Assembly: GCF_009914755.1 (NCBI RefSeq)
Contig: NC_060928.1
Direction: 5' to 3' (one strand)
DNA from: the human T2T-CHM13v2.0 reference genome, Homo sapiens
Length of the DNA stretch: 64,000 nucleotides
Shown here: positions 14,804-27,250 of the stretch, in pieces
Layout of the letters: every line of letters starts with the position of its first letter
How positions within the stretch are numbered: position 1 is the first letter of the stretch
Program-made: the position numbers and the translations under genes
The notes under the pieces: generated by a model
Told to the model about the DNA's origin: nothing
The model's input: only the letters and a program-made list of their open reading frames with translations
Database searches by the model: none

Positions 14804-17365
14804 GATTTTCCACAGAAATGGGGTACACAGTAGCACAAACTAAGCAGAAAAAAAAACAAAAACAAAAACAGATAAAGAAACCCAGGAAGGGTCAGGTAGA
14901 GGTGTGTGCCACTTTACAGGAGCAAGACTAGGTTTTAGTTATCTGAGACTTAAATATGAGTCCAATGGTGGATCCTAGGATAAGAGATAAGTCTACAAAA
15001 TGAACTGGCTGGTCCCGTCCCATGGACCCTCAAGTTTGAGATCAAAGGTGTCTTATAAGCAGGGATAGAGCAGTCACTTGGTTAAAGGGTCATTCACTTT
15101 GGCACAAAGGACATAAGTGACCTGCATTAATAAAGGAGTATCAGGTTCAAGGCCCCAGATCCATTCATGTGACCAGGATATAGAGCAAGGTGCAGATAAC
15201 AAGGAGGAAAGATGATAATTCAATTACTAGAAGACTGGAGTACATGATAGTCAATTATTTTGAAACTACGATGCTAGAGAAGGGTAAGAAAGATTTTTAA
15301 AGGGAAGCATTGAATATCTGAGTTCTTTCCTAAACAAGCCCCTTTCCATTATATCTCTGTGAAAACATACACAGAGGAAAGTTACCAGCAAAAATACATT
15401 CTCATTCTGATGATTTTTACTCACTGTGCCAGTCCACAGGGGAAATGCCTTATGCCTAGATTGCTGGTATGAGGCTAGGGCCTACTCTTCTTTCTTCTCT
15501 ACTAAAATCACACAATTAGTTTCAGATTGCTCCCATGATGAAGAAAGGCTGATTAGTGGGAAGACAACGGTAGCATAAGAATGTGGCTGCAGTATGTGGT
15601 GCTTCCAGCCCCTCCAGATCCTGCTTAGCTCCCTGCCACATGAGAGGATTAAAAACAACCACTACCACCTATCAGAGAAATGGATTGCTGGGACTTTTCC
15701 CCAGAAATAGCAGCTATTATCTTGCTAGGTCCCCTACTGTATGAAGGAAGTAATGGGGAATCGGCAGGTTAAAGTCTAATCTTTATTCAATGGAGCCAAA
15801 TTGGTGTATTTAACCTCCATGGAGCTTTCACAACAACCCTACTCCTTGGAGGTCAACTGGCTATGAAATTTTCCTGGTCAATAAGGTCATGGAGTCAGTG
15901 GGGAACCAGCAGCAATATTTATTTCACTCTGAGTCAGGTGCTCATTTATTTCTGGGTTACAACCTAAGGTAACATGCAGGTCAAACCCAATGGCAGTAGA
16001 TGCAAAAATGTTGATGGACGTCGCCAGGGGGACATTACACCTGGCAGATGAGCCATGAAGGCAGGCAGCATGATGGTGACTCAGCATGTCACACAATTGT
16101 GAGTTTGGTAGCATCAAGAGAAATCCTGACTGCTTTGGAGCAGTAGTTAACTTAAAAAATATATTCCGTAATACTTAGCTGACCAACTTTTTCTAAGGCC
16201 AATTTTTGATCAGAAAGAATGTGAAGACTAAGCCAGAGCTGATATAGATGTACAAAATAGCCTGATGTATCTGTATTTCCATGAATAATTTCTCACTTGT
16301 CATTATCAATTTCTGAGGACTTTGATTAGAAACAGTCAGTGAATTAACAAGGCCAATTCCATCTTTAAAAAGGAGCTTCCATTTATCCTTGATTTTGATT
16401 GACAGCAATATGCTCTATACTGGCCAAGGTCTGTAATACTGCAAACCTTTATTCTTTCAAGAGCTGGATAGCTTTTCTCCCTGAACCCTTCATCCAGACT
16501 GTTAGGTAAATTGAGTTGCACTTAAAATATTGTATGTTTCAAACTGGCACGTGTATAGCCCACGGTATCTCTTTCTTTCACACACACACACCACATATCA
16601 ACATCCACACATCAACACACACACACATTCACTAAAAATAGCCAGACATGTAAACATCCACCAGATGAGATTCCCTGATCTTTGCTTCCTATTGGTCCTC
16701 CTGCTTTAACTTCACCTATTTCCTTATGTAAAAATACCTGACCTTCATCTCCCAGTAACTACACTCAGTTTAAAATTCACTCCTGGCCTTATCTGGGAAA
16801 GGAATTCCTTGTAACAATTAACCACTGTTTCTCCAATTTTGACCTCTCCATATTCCCCTGGCTTGGATTTTTCCCAGACCTATATTATAGGCTATCACAA
16901 AATCAGGTCTATCTATGAGTGCCACATTAATCTTCATTGATCACCCTCCTCTTTTGATTATTTCTAATCAAAAGCAGGCTCAGTACTATAGCCAATATTA
17001 CATTCTTCTCTCAGCCTGGAGGCACATCTATAGTTGGGTAGACCTAGATAATTCTTATGTCTCATTAGTCTTCAAAATGAAACCTTTATCCAGATGTCTT
17101 CTTGCAGTCTTAGAAACATGCTGTTGCATTAAATCAACATATATTTACTAGGCATCTGCTATATGCCGGCTCAGCGCTGAACATCAAAGATTTGAAGGAA
17201 ACCTTGGAAGATCTATTATTTCCAATATCTTGAAACATGTTGACTTTTATACCTAGAATACTTTCTCCGTTATCTTCCATCAATCTAAATTCTTGCCCTT
17301 TCAAATCTCACCATCTCCAAGAATGTTTCATGCTTCTCTCTGCCTAACATGCTTTTTTGTCTTTT

Positions 17366-17670
17366 CTTTTTTTTTTTTTTTTTTTTTTTTGACGGAGTCT
17401 CGCTCTGTCCCCCAGGCTGGAGTGCAGTGCCACAATCTCGGCTCACTGCAAGCTCCGCCTCCCGGGTTCATGCCATTCTCCTGCCTCAGCCTCCCGGAGT
17501 AGCTGGGACTACAGGCGCCCACCACCACACCCGGCTAATTTTTTTGTATTTTTAGTAGAGACGGAGTTTCACCGTGTTAGCCAGGATGGTCTCGATCTCC
17601 TGAGCTCATGATCCACCCGCCTGGGCCTCCCAAAGTGCTGGGATTACAGGCGTGAGTCACCGCACCCGGC
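17366..17670 (-). mobile_element. AluY
   Basis: gcaagctccgcctcccgggttcatgccattctcc; CpG-rich, long poly(T). Confidence 0.95.
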
Positions 17671-17884
17671 ACTTTTTTTTCTTTTTAATAGACTGTGTGC
17701 TCTATAAATGTAATGACTATTATTTTTTAATCCTTTCATTCTCATGTCTTAGTCCTAGAGAGGAAATAGATGCATAAAAGAAGAATGGATACAGGAATAA
17801 AAGAAAGAAAAAGAGGATAATTCTTCCATCTTTTCCGACTGTCACATAACGACTCTGAAAATTTTGGGCGTTTTTAAATTTCAA

Positions 17885-18065
<181 letters not shown>

Positions 18066-19752
18066 TAATGTGTATCACACAACCACCTGCATCCTTAGAA
18101 TATCTTTCAATACCTCTGCTCATTTTATGAGTGCTAGTCATCTTACTTAAATGAGATGATATGACTGTTAAGGTCAGGTTTCATATAAGTGCCTATACCA
18201 CTGTTGCACACTGTTTATACTTATTGAATATCTATTGACTGACTTACTAATCTGTTATTTGGTAGTAAAAAAAAACTATACTATAAGAAGTTCTCATTAC
18301 ATGCATCTTCAAATTGAATTTATAACCAAGTTCCTACTCTGAATGGCTGCATTCAACCTAATAAATGCCACATCATGCTAAAGCTTTCAATTCAGTGCAA
18401 ATATTAAATAAAACATTTAATAAGTGAAAAAATTCCACTGATTGACTAAAGCTTTTAACTTTAAATTGGTAATTGGATGTTATCTGCACACTATTAGATA
18501 CTTGCACAACTGGCTGAATTGTATGACATTATCAGTTAGTGTGTTGTGCACAACCATTTTCAAACACCAATTCTTTTTAATTGTATGAACCTTGATAAAT
18601 CAAGCCAACAGTCTACCTATATTTACCATAGTGTTTCCTTCACTTATTCACTAAATTTTGGAGTTAAAAAAATTTCTGTTTGGGAAACAATATCTCATTA
18701 TTCAAAATAGAATATATTAAAGTTTGAGGGCACTTGATTTGAATGTAATAATACATTTCTAATGTGTATGTATGCAAGTTTGTATATTCATTATACACAG
18801 GCACATCAAAATACCTGATTTTGAACCAGGCATTATAAATGTCTAGAAAATATCCAAGGGAGATGATGGTATCCAATACAGAACTGCAGGAAAATCATTA
18901 CATTATTTTACATAATCATTACATTATTTCATTACATTAATAGAAGTAAAATATCTATTAAAATACAGGTTTGAATTGGAGGATGAGCTGTTGATATCAG
19001 CAAGTCTATCCATTCACTTATTCCTACATTAACTCTGAAAAAGACATTGAGCTAGGATGTATAAGATGTGTTAGGTGTTATAAAACAGGGTTTTATAGGT
19101 GAAAATATTAACTGCATGTGGGAAAATCTAGAAATTGGCAAGATTTCATGAATATGCATGCACATAAAGATTTCACCTGGGGTTTCTTTTCTTTAATAGA
19201 ACATTTGTGCATTTTAATGGACCAGTCATGAACTTTGCTTAATCACCCTTTGTGGACCTTAATATTGGATAAGTATTCAAAGCACATTTCTCTTGGGTGA
19301 TATAGACTGGAGAAGTTCAGGAATGTTTCCCATCCATCAAGAAAACAGAGGATAGAACACATTCAGTTGCCATATAGGGAACAACTGGCCCCATTCTCCC
19401 TGCCTTTGACTGCCCTTTCTGATGGTGAGAGTGAATGCTTTGAGTGTTCCCTCCTCCTTTTAAGATTAACAGAACCATACAACCCTATTATGTGTGACTT
19501 AGGGATAAAAAAAAAAAGAAAAACCTGGGACAAGGGACAACTAGTCACTTTCAATTTATATTTGCTGGGAAACATCTGAAGAAATTATTTCTGTGTAACT
19601 AGAACCTTTGTAATCTGCACATTAATAATTAAATAAAGTTGCCATCACTGGTTTCTAGAGGCTTCTGAAGGCCTTCATTAGTCATGACCTTAGCTTTGGT
19701 CATCACTGATTTTCTGTGTCTATCTTGAATTTTACCACTTTCTATATTTGAA

Positions 19753-19905
19753 GATATTTTGAAGATGACTTAAATAGTCACTACAGAGTTGATTAAGACA
19801 CTAGGAAATATGCACTAGGGAGAGGGGGATATTTTGCAGATGGCTAGAATAGTCATCTTAGAGTTGATTAAGACACTGGGAAGTAAGAACCAAGAAGAGA
19901 AGGAC
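19753..19905 (+). repeat. Diverged ~75-bp tandem duplication (2 copies)
   Basis: gatattttg(a/c)agatg(a/g)ct...agagttgattaagacact(a/g)ggaa at 19753 and 19828. Confidence 0.85.
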
Positions 19906-20074
19906 ATAGCTGGGTACTCTTCACTGAAGGGGAGAAACAAAATCCTCAAAAGGACTCATGAATTATAGTGGGAGAAAAGCTACTGGACATAGTGCAGAAT
20001 TATATTAAGTTGAAATATTCTCTGTTTCAAAATAAGAAGACAAATCAAAATAATCTGCAGACAAATTTCAAAGA

Positions 20075-20250
20075 CATTAATCTATTCTATAAATGTGTAT
20101 TGAGTACCTTTCGTGTTCACATGCTCCACTAACTGTGTGAATGCAACAGTGAATGAGACATTGTTTTTTTCCTATCAAAGCTTATAAAGTTCATGAACAC
20201 ATGGAGAAAACAGACATATAAACAACTGATTATAATCAGTGTTCACTAGG
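20075..20250 (-). mobile_element. L2 3' end
   Basis: aaatgtgtattgagtacc...aacagtgaatgagaca. Confidence 0.6.
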
Positions 20251-20843
20251 CTATGTGCTCCTGTAATATAAGAATAAGGCTTTATTATACAAAATGATTT
20301 GAAGTTGGATATATATATATACATATATTAATATATATACACACATATATATGCATCTATCACTTACAAAATTTGGAAGTAAATGGCCATATTTTAGTAG
20401 ACATAATACTCATTTAGGTAACCAAGCTATAAGGTGTTGCTTTGAAAAAGTTTAATCATAGATTAATATCAAGGAGTCTATAAAAATTTGTTACTTCTAA
20501 AGAATGAGAATTATTTATCTCCTTCTTATTAAGATCAGGACAATGGTTTGAAATCACATCTAGCCAATCAGATAACTGAACAAAATCTTTTGAATATTAA
20601 TTTTCACAGGTACCTCTGCATTATGCATGGTCTCAATGTTTTTCTGTAGACGTAATGTTTTCTAAGATGGACAGAGTAGTTGGACAAGAGAAGTTGGGAA
20701 TATAGATCACTATAGATTTCCTATGGAGATACCTGGCTAAACATGTTTTGTTCTCAACAGTTAACAATGCTTGCAACTGTCTATGCTCACTGCTACCAAT
20801 TATGGTAGTATAAATAGCTCTTCAATGCTCCTGTCAAGCTTGG

Positions 20844-20980
20844 CCCCCTTATGCCTAGTGTTCCATTATTGGAATGCTAAGCATGCAGTTATTTATATCC
20901 TACTGCTCAAGGTCATCGCCAAGGTCTGATTTTTCACTCATGCAGAAATTCAAAAAATTGCAGCCTCAGGCATAAATGGG
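20844..20980 (+). mobile_element. MER85 piggyBac MITE (PGBD3-derived)
   Basis: ttatgcctagtgttccattattggaatgctaagc...caaggtcatcgccaaggtctg...cctcaggcataaatggg then TTAA; 137 bp. Confidence 0.92.
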
Positions 20981-23149
20981 TTAAGCATTCACATCTGCTG
21001 TAGGCATCATTAGAGAAAGGTATAGTACAAAATGAACTGTATAAAATTTGTAAGGAATATATCAGAAGATGGTTCATATAAATCTTATTCCCAAACATAA
21101 TCTTTGGTAGTATTGAGTTACAGAATGGCCACAGATTTTTAGGTTATCTATGGAGTCTATTAATAGGATGTTTTACATAAATATGACTATGAATTTGTGC
21201 TATTGTTTCTAAAGTCTATAAAATTATTGAAAAATTAATATGGATGGATCATCCATTGTGTTTATGTAACATAAACACATTTAACATAATATGAAATAGC
21301 AAATGTTTGCCTAGCTTAAGAAAGAAGACTAAAATTTTAAATTTGGTTTATATTTGTAACATGAAGGGAATTAATTGGATAATTTGGATGCTGAAATGCC
21401 GCTTGATGCAGAAATGTAGATCAATTAAAAATGGGTTTTGTGTCTGTCTAAATACTAAGAATTGTCTTTCTAGTTTTGCAGTTTGCTAGAATGGATCAGA
21501 ATATAAAGGATCAGAAGTTTCTTTTTTAACAATTGATTTGAATAAAAGTAGGCAGATTTAGCCCTTAACCTATCACTATAGTAATTTTGAAATTAAATCA
21601 CAGTGTTCCACAGAATTTCAGAATTATTAGAAACCACAAAAACTAGGTCAACTTAATAGTTTGGTTAAATGACATGCTTTCACATTTTGGACAAACTAAT
21701 CTTGGAATCCCAGCTGCTGGAAGCATCTGTTGCAGAGATGTAGAGAAAGAAAAGTAATATGTCATCTTAACTGGCTAAAAGAGAATGGTATGTTAGTCTA
21801 TTCCTTGGCACAGATTGTTATACAATCCCAAATATTCCTTTGGGGTTTAATTGTTTACTAGCTTTTCAGGAAAATAAACCCTTAAAGCATTCCATTATTT
21901 AATAAGTAAAATTCAGCAAATAACAGACTTTTTTGTAAACATTCATTTTAGTTTCAATCTTTACCATATTGACTAGATGATTATTATCCAGATTCATATG
22001 CCATCAATTTTGTCAACAAAACAAGTTGAAAAGAGAAAGGACAGCCTCATAGTGATTTAGAGTGAGCAGGATTCTCTTTTTTGACTTCAAAAGAATGGTT
22101 CTTACCTGCATCAGCCGGGTAGGATTTAAGTGTAATCTAACACCATTTATTTGCTTCCCAAATACTTATTATAAGAAGCTAAATACAGTTGTTCAAGTCA
22201 GGTAATTATTACAGTCACTATCAGAAATTAAGTAAAACAAACAAAAAATGCTTAATGGAATTACTGTAACCTTATTTGCAAACGTAAGCCAATTTAAGTG
22301 ATCAGGGAATATCTTCACATAATATCACAGAAACCCAATTGAATTAATTTAAAATGCTGAGTTACTACCAGCATTGACTAGACTTGTAATCAGCACTGAA
22401 ACTTTTCTAACAACTAATTAAAAAAGGGAGTATACAAAGTTATGTTTCTAATTCATTTAATACCACAGTCTCTAAAGGCATCTTCAATTAGCTACATTTT
22501 CTTTAGTTTTACTCAATTTATCAAAGTTAGATAAAGCTTTGAGAATAATGTTAGTGTTTATGACTCTGGTGAAATATTGTTTCTATCTTTTTATAAGGGA
22601 TTTCTATCCTCTGATGAAGGAATGTTTTCAGTAGAAAGCGGTTGCTAAGGAAAATCAATGAAAATGTTATATACCAAACAAACTCGGTTCTTGTTTGCAA
22701 AAAGAGTAAAATTATATTAGAAGGAGAGAATTAGAAGTAACTTTTCTGAGTGGGAAAGATTTTTCTTGTAATTATGGTAAATTTAGGCAAAGCTTGTATA
22801 TGCTTTCCAGAAACAATGAGTTCAGAAGGAGGCTTAGAAATGACATTAAGGAGATGCAGAGAGCAATGCAGCCCTTCATTATTGCCCAATCCTTTTGCCT
22901 TTGAAGGACAACAAGAGAAACTGAGATGACAGCTTTTCATCAACTGGAGAAAAGAATCAGAAAGACTTTTTTCCTGGTGTTAAGACTAGAAAATATTCCC
23001 AAAAGAATAATGAATGCTAAACAAACAACCATGCCACCTGATACTCCAGCCTTGGCTGGCCCATCACAAAGCCTGGAATTATTCTCAAATTTTTCACGTT
23101 ACTCATTAGCTCAAGTACTCATTTCTTCGGTGCCTATTTGAAACCTTCA

Positions 23150-24060
23150 CCACTCCCTCCAGTCCTCCCCGTCTTTTTCTCTTAGCACATGGTTCTACTT
23201 TATGGATAAAAGCAGCCATCCAGCCCCACCCACCCTCACATCTTCACATCCTCCCTGCAGTCTCAGGAGAAGTGCCTGCTCTTCCACCTGGACCCTACCG
23301 TTGACTTTCTTCCTTCTCTTGTAAGGACCTTGCTCCATCAGTTATCACCTCTGTGCCTCTCACATAGCCTTTGGAATATAACATGCTCAAATTTCACTCA
23401 CTTTAAAACAAAACATGTAAATAACTAATAATAATCACAGGCACAAACACACACACTAACTACCTCTCTCTGTATGTCAGCTATTATGCTCCATCTAAAA
23501 GGGCACCACATCTTCTTTCTTGAATGATTAACTTATACTCAGATTTAAATCTCCAGAATTACTTCTGGCAACACCACTATGGCTACCACATTCTTGCTGT
23601 ATCCCATGTACATCTCTAAGGCTGCACTGCGATTGCTATTTGTCTTTCTACAGCCCTGAATAGGCTGTGGAGTAACTGAGGGCCAACGTTGTTCACCTGC
23701 TGTCCCCAGCATGTGGCACAGTGAATAAGGCAGAACAGGTACTCAGTAACACTGACTGAAGGGAATAGTGCTCTGTAAACCTTCTCAACTAATGATACAG
23801 TCCCCACTTTCTTCCGTCTTTGCCCATCATAAGACAGTTCTGGACGTAAAATTTTGAGTTGAAGTCATATTAGCAGAAACTGTCTTCTATCATGTTTCTT
23901 TCTAAGCTTTGTTGCAAAATGTTGTAACTATTTGTTTACATATTTTTATCTATCACTAGACTCTGAGCTCCAAGAACTAAGGATCTAACATTACTTACCT
24001 TCCCACTTGAAATACTTAATAAAAGGTTTCAAAAATTATCTAAAGAAAAGGAAACAAGGA
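23150..24060 (+). mobile_element. L2 fragments, including two 3' ends
   Basis: aaggaccttgctccatcagttatc; tgttcacctgctgtccccagca...aggtactcagtaacactgactgaa; cactagactctgagctccaaga. Confidence 0.6.
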
Positions 24061-25655
24061 AGGAGAGGGACTATTTTCAACAGGAAGAGGGGGTCAAGGT
24101 GAGGGGGAAGGGTTTGTAAAACATAGTGAGTTAAAATGAGGGGGAAAAATTCCAAGATTCTCACTTGATTTAATATAAAATGGTAATTATTTGTCAAAAG
24201 GTCAACACTGGATGTTTATTAAATAAAATATATCTTCTTTTCTGTATACACTCGAACTCTTCAAAATTCACAATCCACATTGTATGACATATCTAATTTC
24301 CCCACTTATCTCAAGGGATAGTATTAATCTTCTTAATAAGATTATATAATTTATATTACTTAAGAAACATATAACAATAATACTAAAGTAATATAATGCA
24401 TTTGCCTTGGCATTTCCAGGAAATGGAGCATTGTAACATGGTAAATCATTGATTTCATGACCACTCTAAGAGCTAACAGAACACGTGCTGTTATTTTCAT
24501 TTTACAGTTGAGAAAATTGAACTTCAGAGGTTAAGAGGTGTGTACACTTGGAACTGTGAAAAAAAAAAAAGTGAAGAAGGTGAAGGTAAAAGGGAGAAAG
24601 AAATATTAGATTTGCTCTTTGAAAATGCTTCATTGGGAGAAATGCAATTTTAATCACCAACGACAAACACTCAGCATTTACCTCTTGGAGCCCACCTCTG
24701 TCATTTTTGTGATAGAAATTTTACCAAAAGAAAAAGCAGGCATCACCTCACAGCCTTTCAGATAACATTTTTTTTTTTGAGAGGCCTGTGCCTTTCAAGT
24801 AATTTACTCCCCATTCTTAAATTCTAGGGTGGCAAGAAAAGTAATTGTTAACTAAAAGCTTAACATCTAATACAGCTAGCACACTATTTTTTTTGTTAAA
24901 CATATGATACAGTAATAGATTTCCCTTTGTGTGTGTGTGTAATATGCATATACTTTGGAGAATTCTTGAATAATTTATATGTATCGATTCAGTAATAACA
25001 CCCTGTTCCTCTGCCATGGTACACCTTCACGTTTCTCCCATCGTATTCGGCCCAACTAGAATTTCTCTCACCATATTTATTTCCTTTGTTTATTCATGTT
25101 TCCTAGCTATTTTTTCGTATCATTTTATGAGGCCATTCTTCTGTAAACTTTAGAGCACCTAGAGCAGCATCTTACATTATAGAACCTTGAGCGAGAGGGA
25201 TTTGCGAGATATCTACGTCTATTGTCGTTTAAATGTGAATACTTTTAAAAAGTACTTCCAGAACCAAAACACTGGATTGCAACAATGAAAATACTTGTTG
25301 CATCTAAGTAGTAGTAACATGGAGGGTTTTTTATTCTTTTTCTAAAAAATAACTTTCATGTTTTATATAGTTTGGCAATAAATAAGGAAACATAAGAGTC
25401 TTGTAACTGTGGCATCTTTACTTGGATGACAGATTCTCACTTAAACATATAATTCATTGGCTAGCAAATAAATTTTATCAGGATTTCAACTTCCAAAAAA
25501 AAATTGCCCCTAAGGAAAAATGTGGCCTATTTATCCACAATCAGTGTTATAACTTTTTTTCCATTTTTTAAAATGGAAAGCAGAGCTATCTGATCATTCC
25601 TACCTTATTTCTCATTGCCAAACATTGAGAGGCAAGCGATATACAAGAGACTTAC

Positions 25656-25859
25656 CCACTCTTCCTCATCATAGTCTGAATGATGTGGTATGGAGTCCTG
25701 CCCTCTCATCACTGGGGGTTGGTCTTGGGGACTGCTCTCCTCTGTGCTGCTCTTAGGAGAGGGTGGCTTCTTAAGAATGCCTCCTGGCCTTGCAGTGTAG
25801 AGTGCTAAAAGAGCACTCCTGACAAGTTGATCCTTGAAGGCATGTACAAAAAGCTCTGT
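25656..25859 (-). CDS. INPP4B: INPP4B internal coding exon, 204 nt (phase 0-0)
   Basis: tttccag|ACA GAG CTT...GAG TGG|gtaagt; lies within ORF 25605..25877; [68 protein letters not shown] is recognisably INPP4B. Confidence 0.97.
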
Positions 25860-26264
25860 CTGGAAAGAAATTGACAAGGATTAGAAACACCTTGGTAGGC
25901 ATCTCAGCATAGAGCTGTGAAAAGGTCAATTGCAGATTTGTTGGTACTTAAGTGGTGTGTATGGTGGAAAAAGTACAGACGCCAAGGAGAGAAAATGATT
26001 CATACCAATCAATGGAAAATAGTTTGGTTCTGGGATGCTGCCAAGGCCTTAAGTCCTCCTGTTTTAAAGTTAATGCTGAGGTTTTAAATGCACTATAAAC
26101 ACCGTCTGTCTCCTCAACCTTCTCCCTTTTAGTTTCACAAATCCTGTCTTTGGAGATGAATTTCAGTGGGCTTAATCATTTGAACAACATCTACCTGCTG
26201 CAGCTTTCAAGTCATTCCAAACACTCCTGAAAAGAAAATGTAATCAGTCTATGTGTATTTTATT

Positions 26265-26294
26265 AAAACCGCAATTACTTTTGCACCAGCCTAA
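26265..26294. mobile_element. Solo Hsmar1/MADE1 terminal inverted repeat
   Basis: aaaaccgcaattacttttgcaccagcctaa followed by TA; one mismatch to the recalled Hsmar1 TIR. Confidence 0.9.
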
Positions 26295-27069
26295 TATGTT
26301 TTAAACAGTTAAAGACTAAAGAAAGACATACATCCTTAAAGGAGAAGATTTTTTTTTTAGTGTCATAAACAGATCTCAACAATAGTAGAAATGGCATAGG
26401 CAGACTTCTTCATGAAAACATCGGGCCTGTTTTCCTTATTATCACCTCCTAAATGCTCTGTTCCACTAAATTGTTTCAGTAATGCTTAATGTTAATGAGG
26501 TTACTGTGAAACTTGGCATGTAGATTTTACAAGCTGGTGGCAAATACCTAGTACGTACTATAGCAATGAAGGCTTCCCAACAATAAAGAACTTTACAGCT
26601 GTACTTTGCAATTTCCTGATGAAATGTTTAACAGTTTCACCCTGTAATAGACTGAAGGGTGCAGTAATTACTTCACTTAGCATGCATGTGGCCTAACGAT
26701 CTGTTCAAAGAGTAGAGATGTAAGTCAAGTAATGGCCCATATTGTTAACATATTCATACTCTGTAATCTCTTAGGAAGGGACCCTTTAACTCATAGCATT
26801 ATATTGAATAATAATTGATATTGCCACCATTTAATGAGACACTCTTGATAATGCTGGCTTCACCATTGATATAACTCAACATCATTATTTCTTGGTGCAC
26901 TCTCAATATGCGGTCAACAGTTCCAAGCCTAACTAGTAGTCACTAAATTATTTAGAGTAGACTCTAAATCTTCTCGTTGACAGCATCAGCAACTAAAGAA
27001 AACCAGTTAAGCCCCATGCAAAACAGGTGCCCAGTAAGATTTTGTTATATATGCATAGTTACTCATTTG

Positions 27070-27250
27070 CCATAGATCATAAAATTTTAGAGGTGAAAGG
27101 GATCTTAAAGTTGACCTCTTCATTAATCAAGATGAGAAAACTAAGAAAGAAGTGTGGTGATATGTTTTAGGGAATACTGCGTATTGGCAGCACAAATGGA
27201 ACAGGAATGAAGTTTTCCAACAAATTAGCAGCTTTCTCCCTTATTCCACA
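27070..27250 (-). mobile_element. MIR3-like SINE
   Basis: gatcataaaattttagaggtgaaagggatcttaaag...gatgagaaaactaag. Confidence 0.6.

Noticed and set aside
15039-15048. Isolated motifs: TCF/LEF AGATCAAAGG here, MARE-like TGAGTCAGCA at 6692, ETS-like acttccggaag at 58206
   Set aside because: Single short motifs are expected by chance in 64 kb and show no clustering.
25605-25655. Read-through of the 204-nt exon ORF into the intron ([16 protein letters not shown]) as an alternative C-terminus
   Set aside because: The donor is a strong GG|gtaagt and a 16-codon extension is unremarkable.
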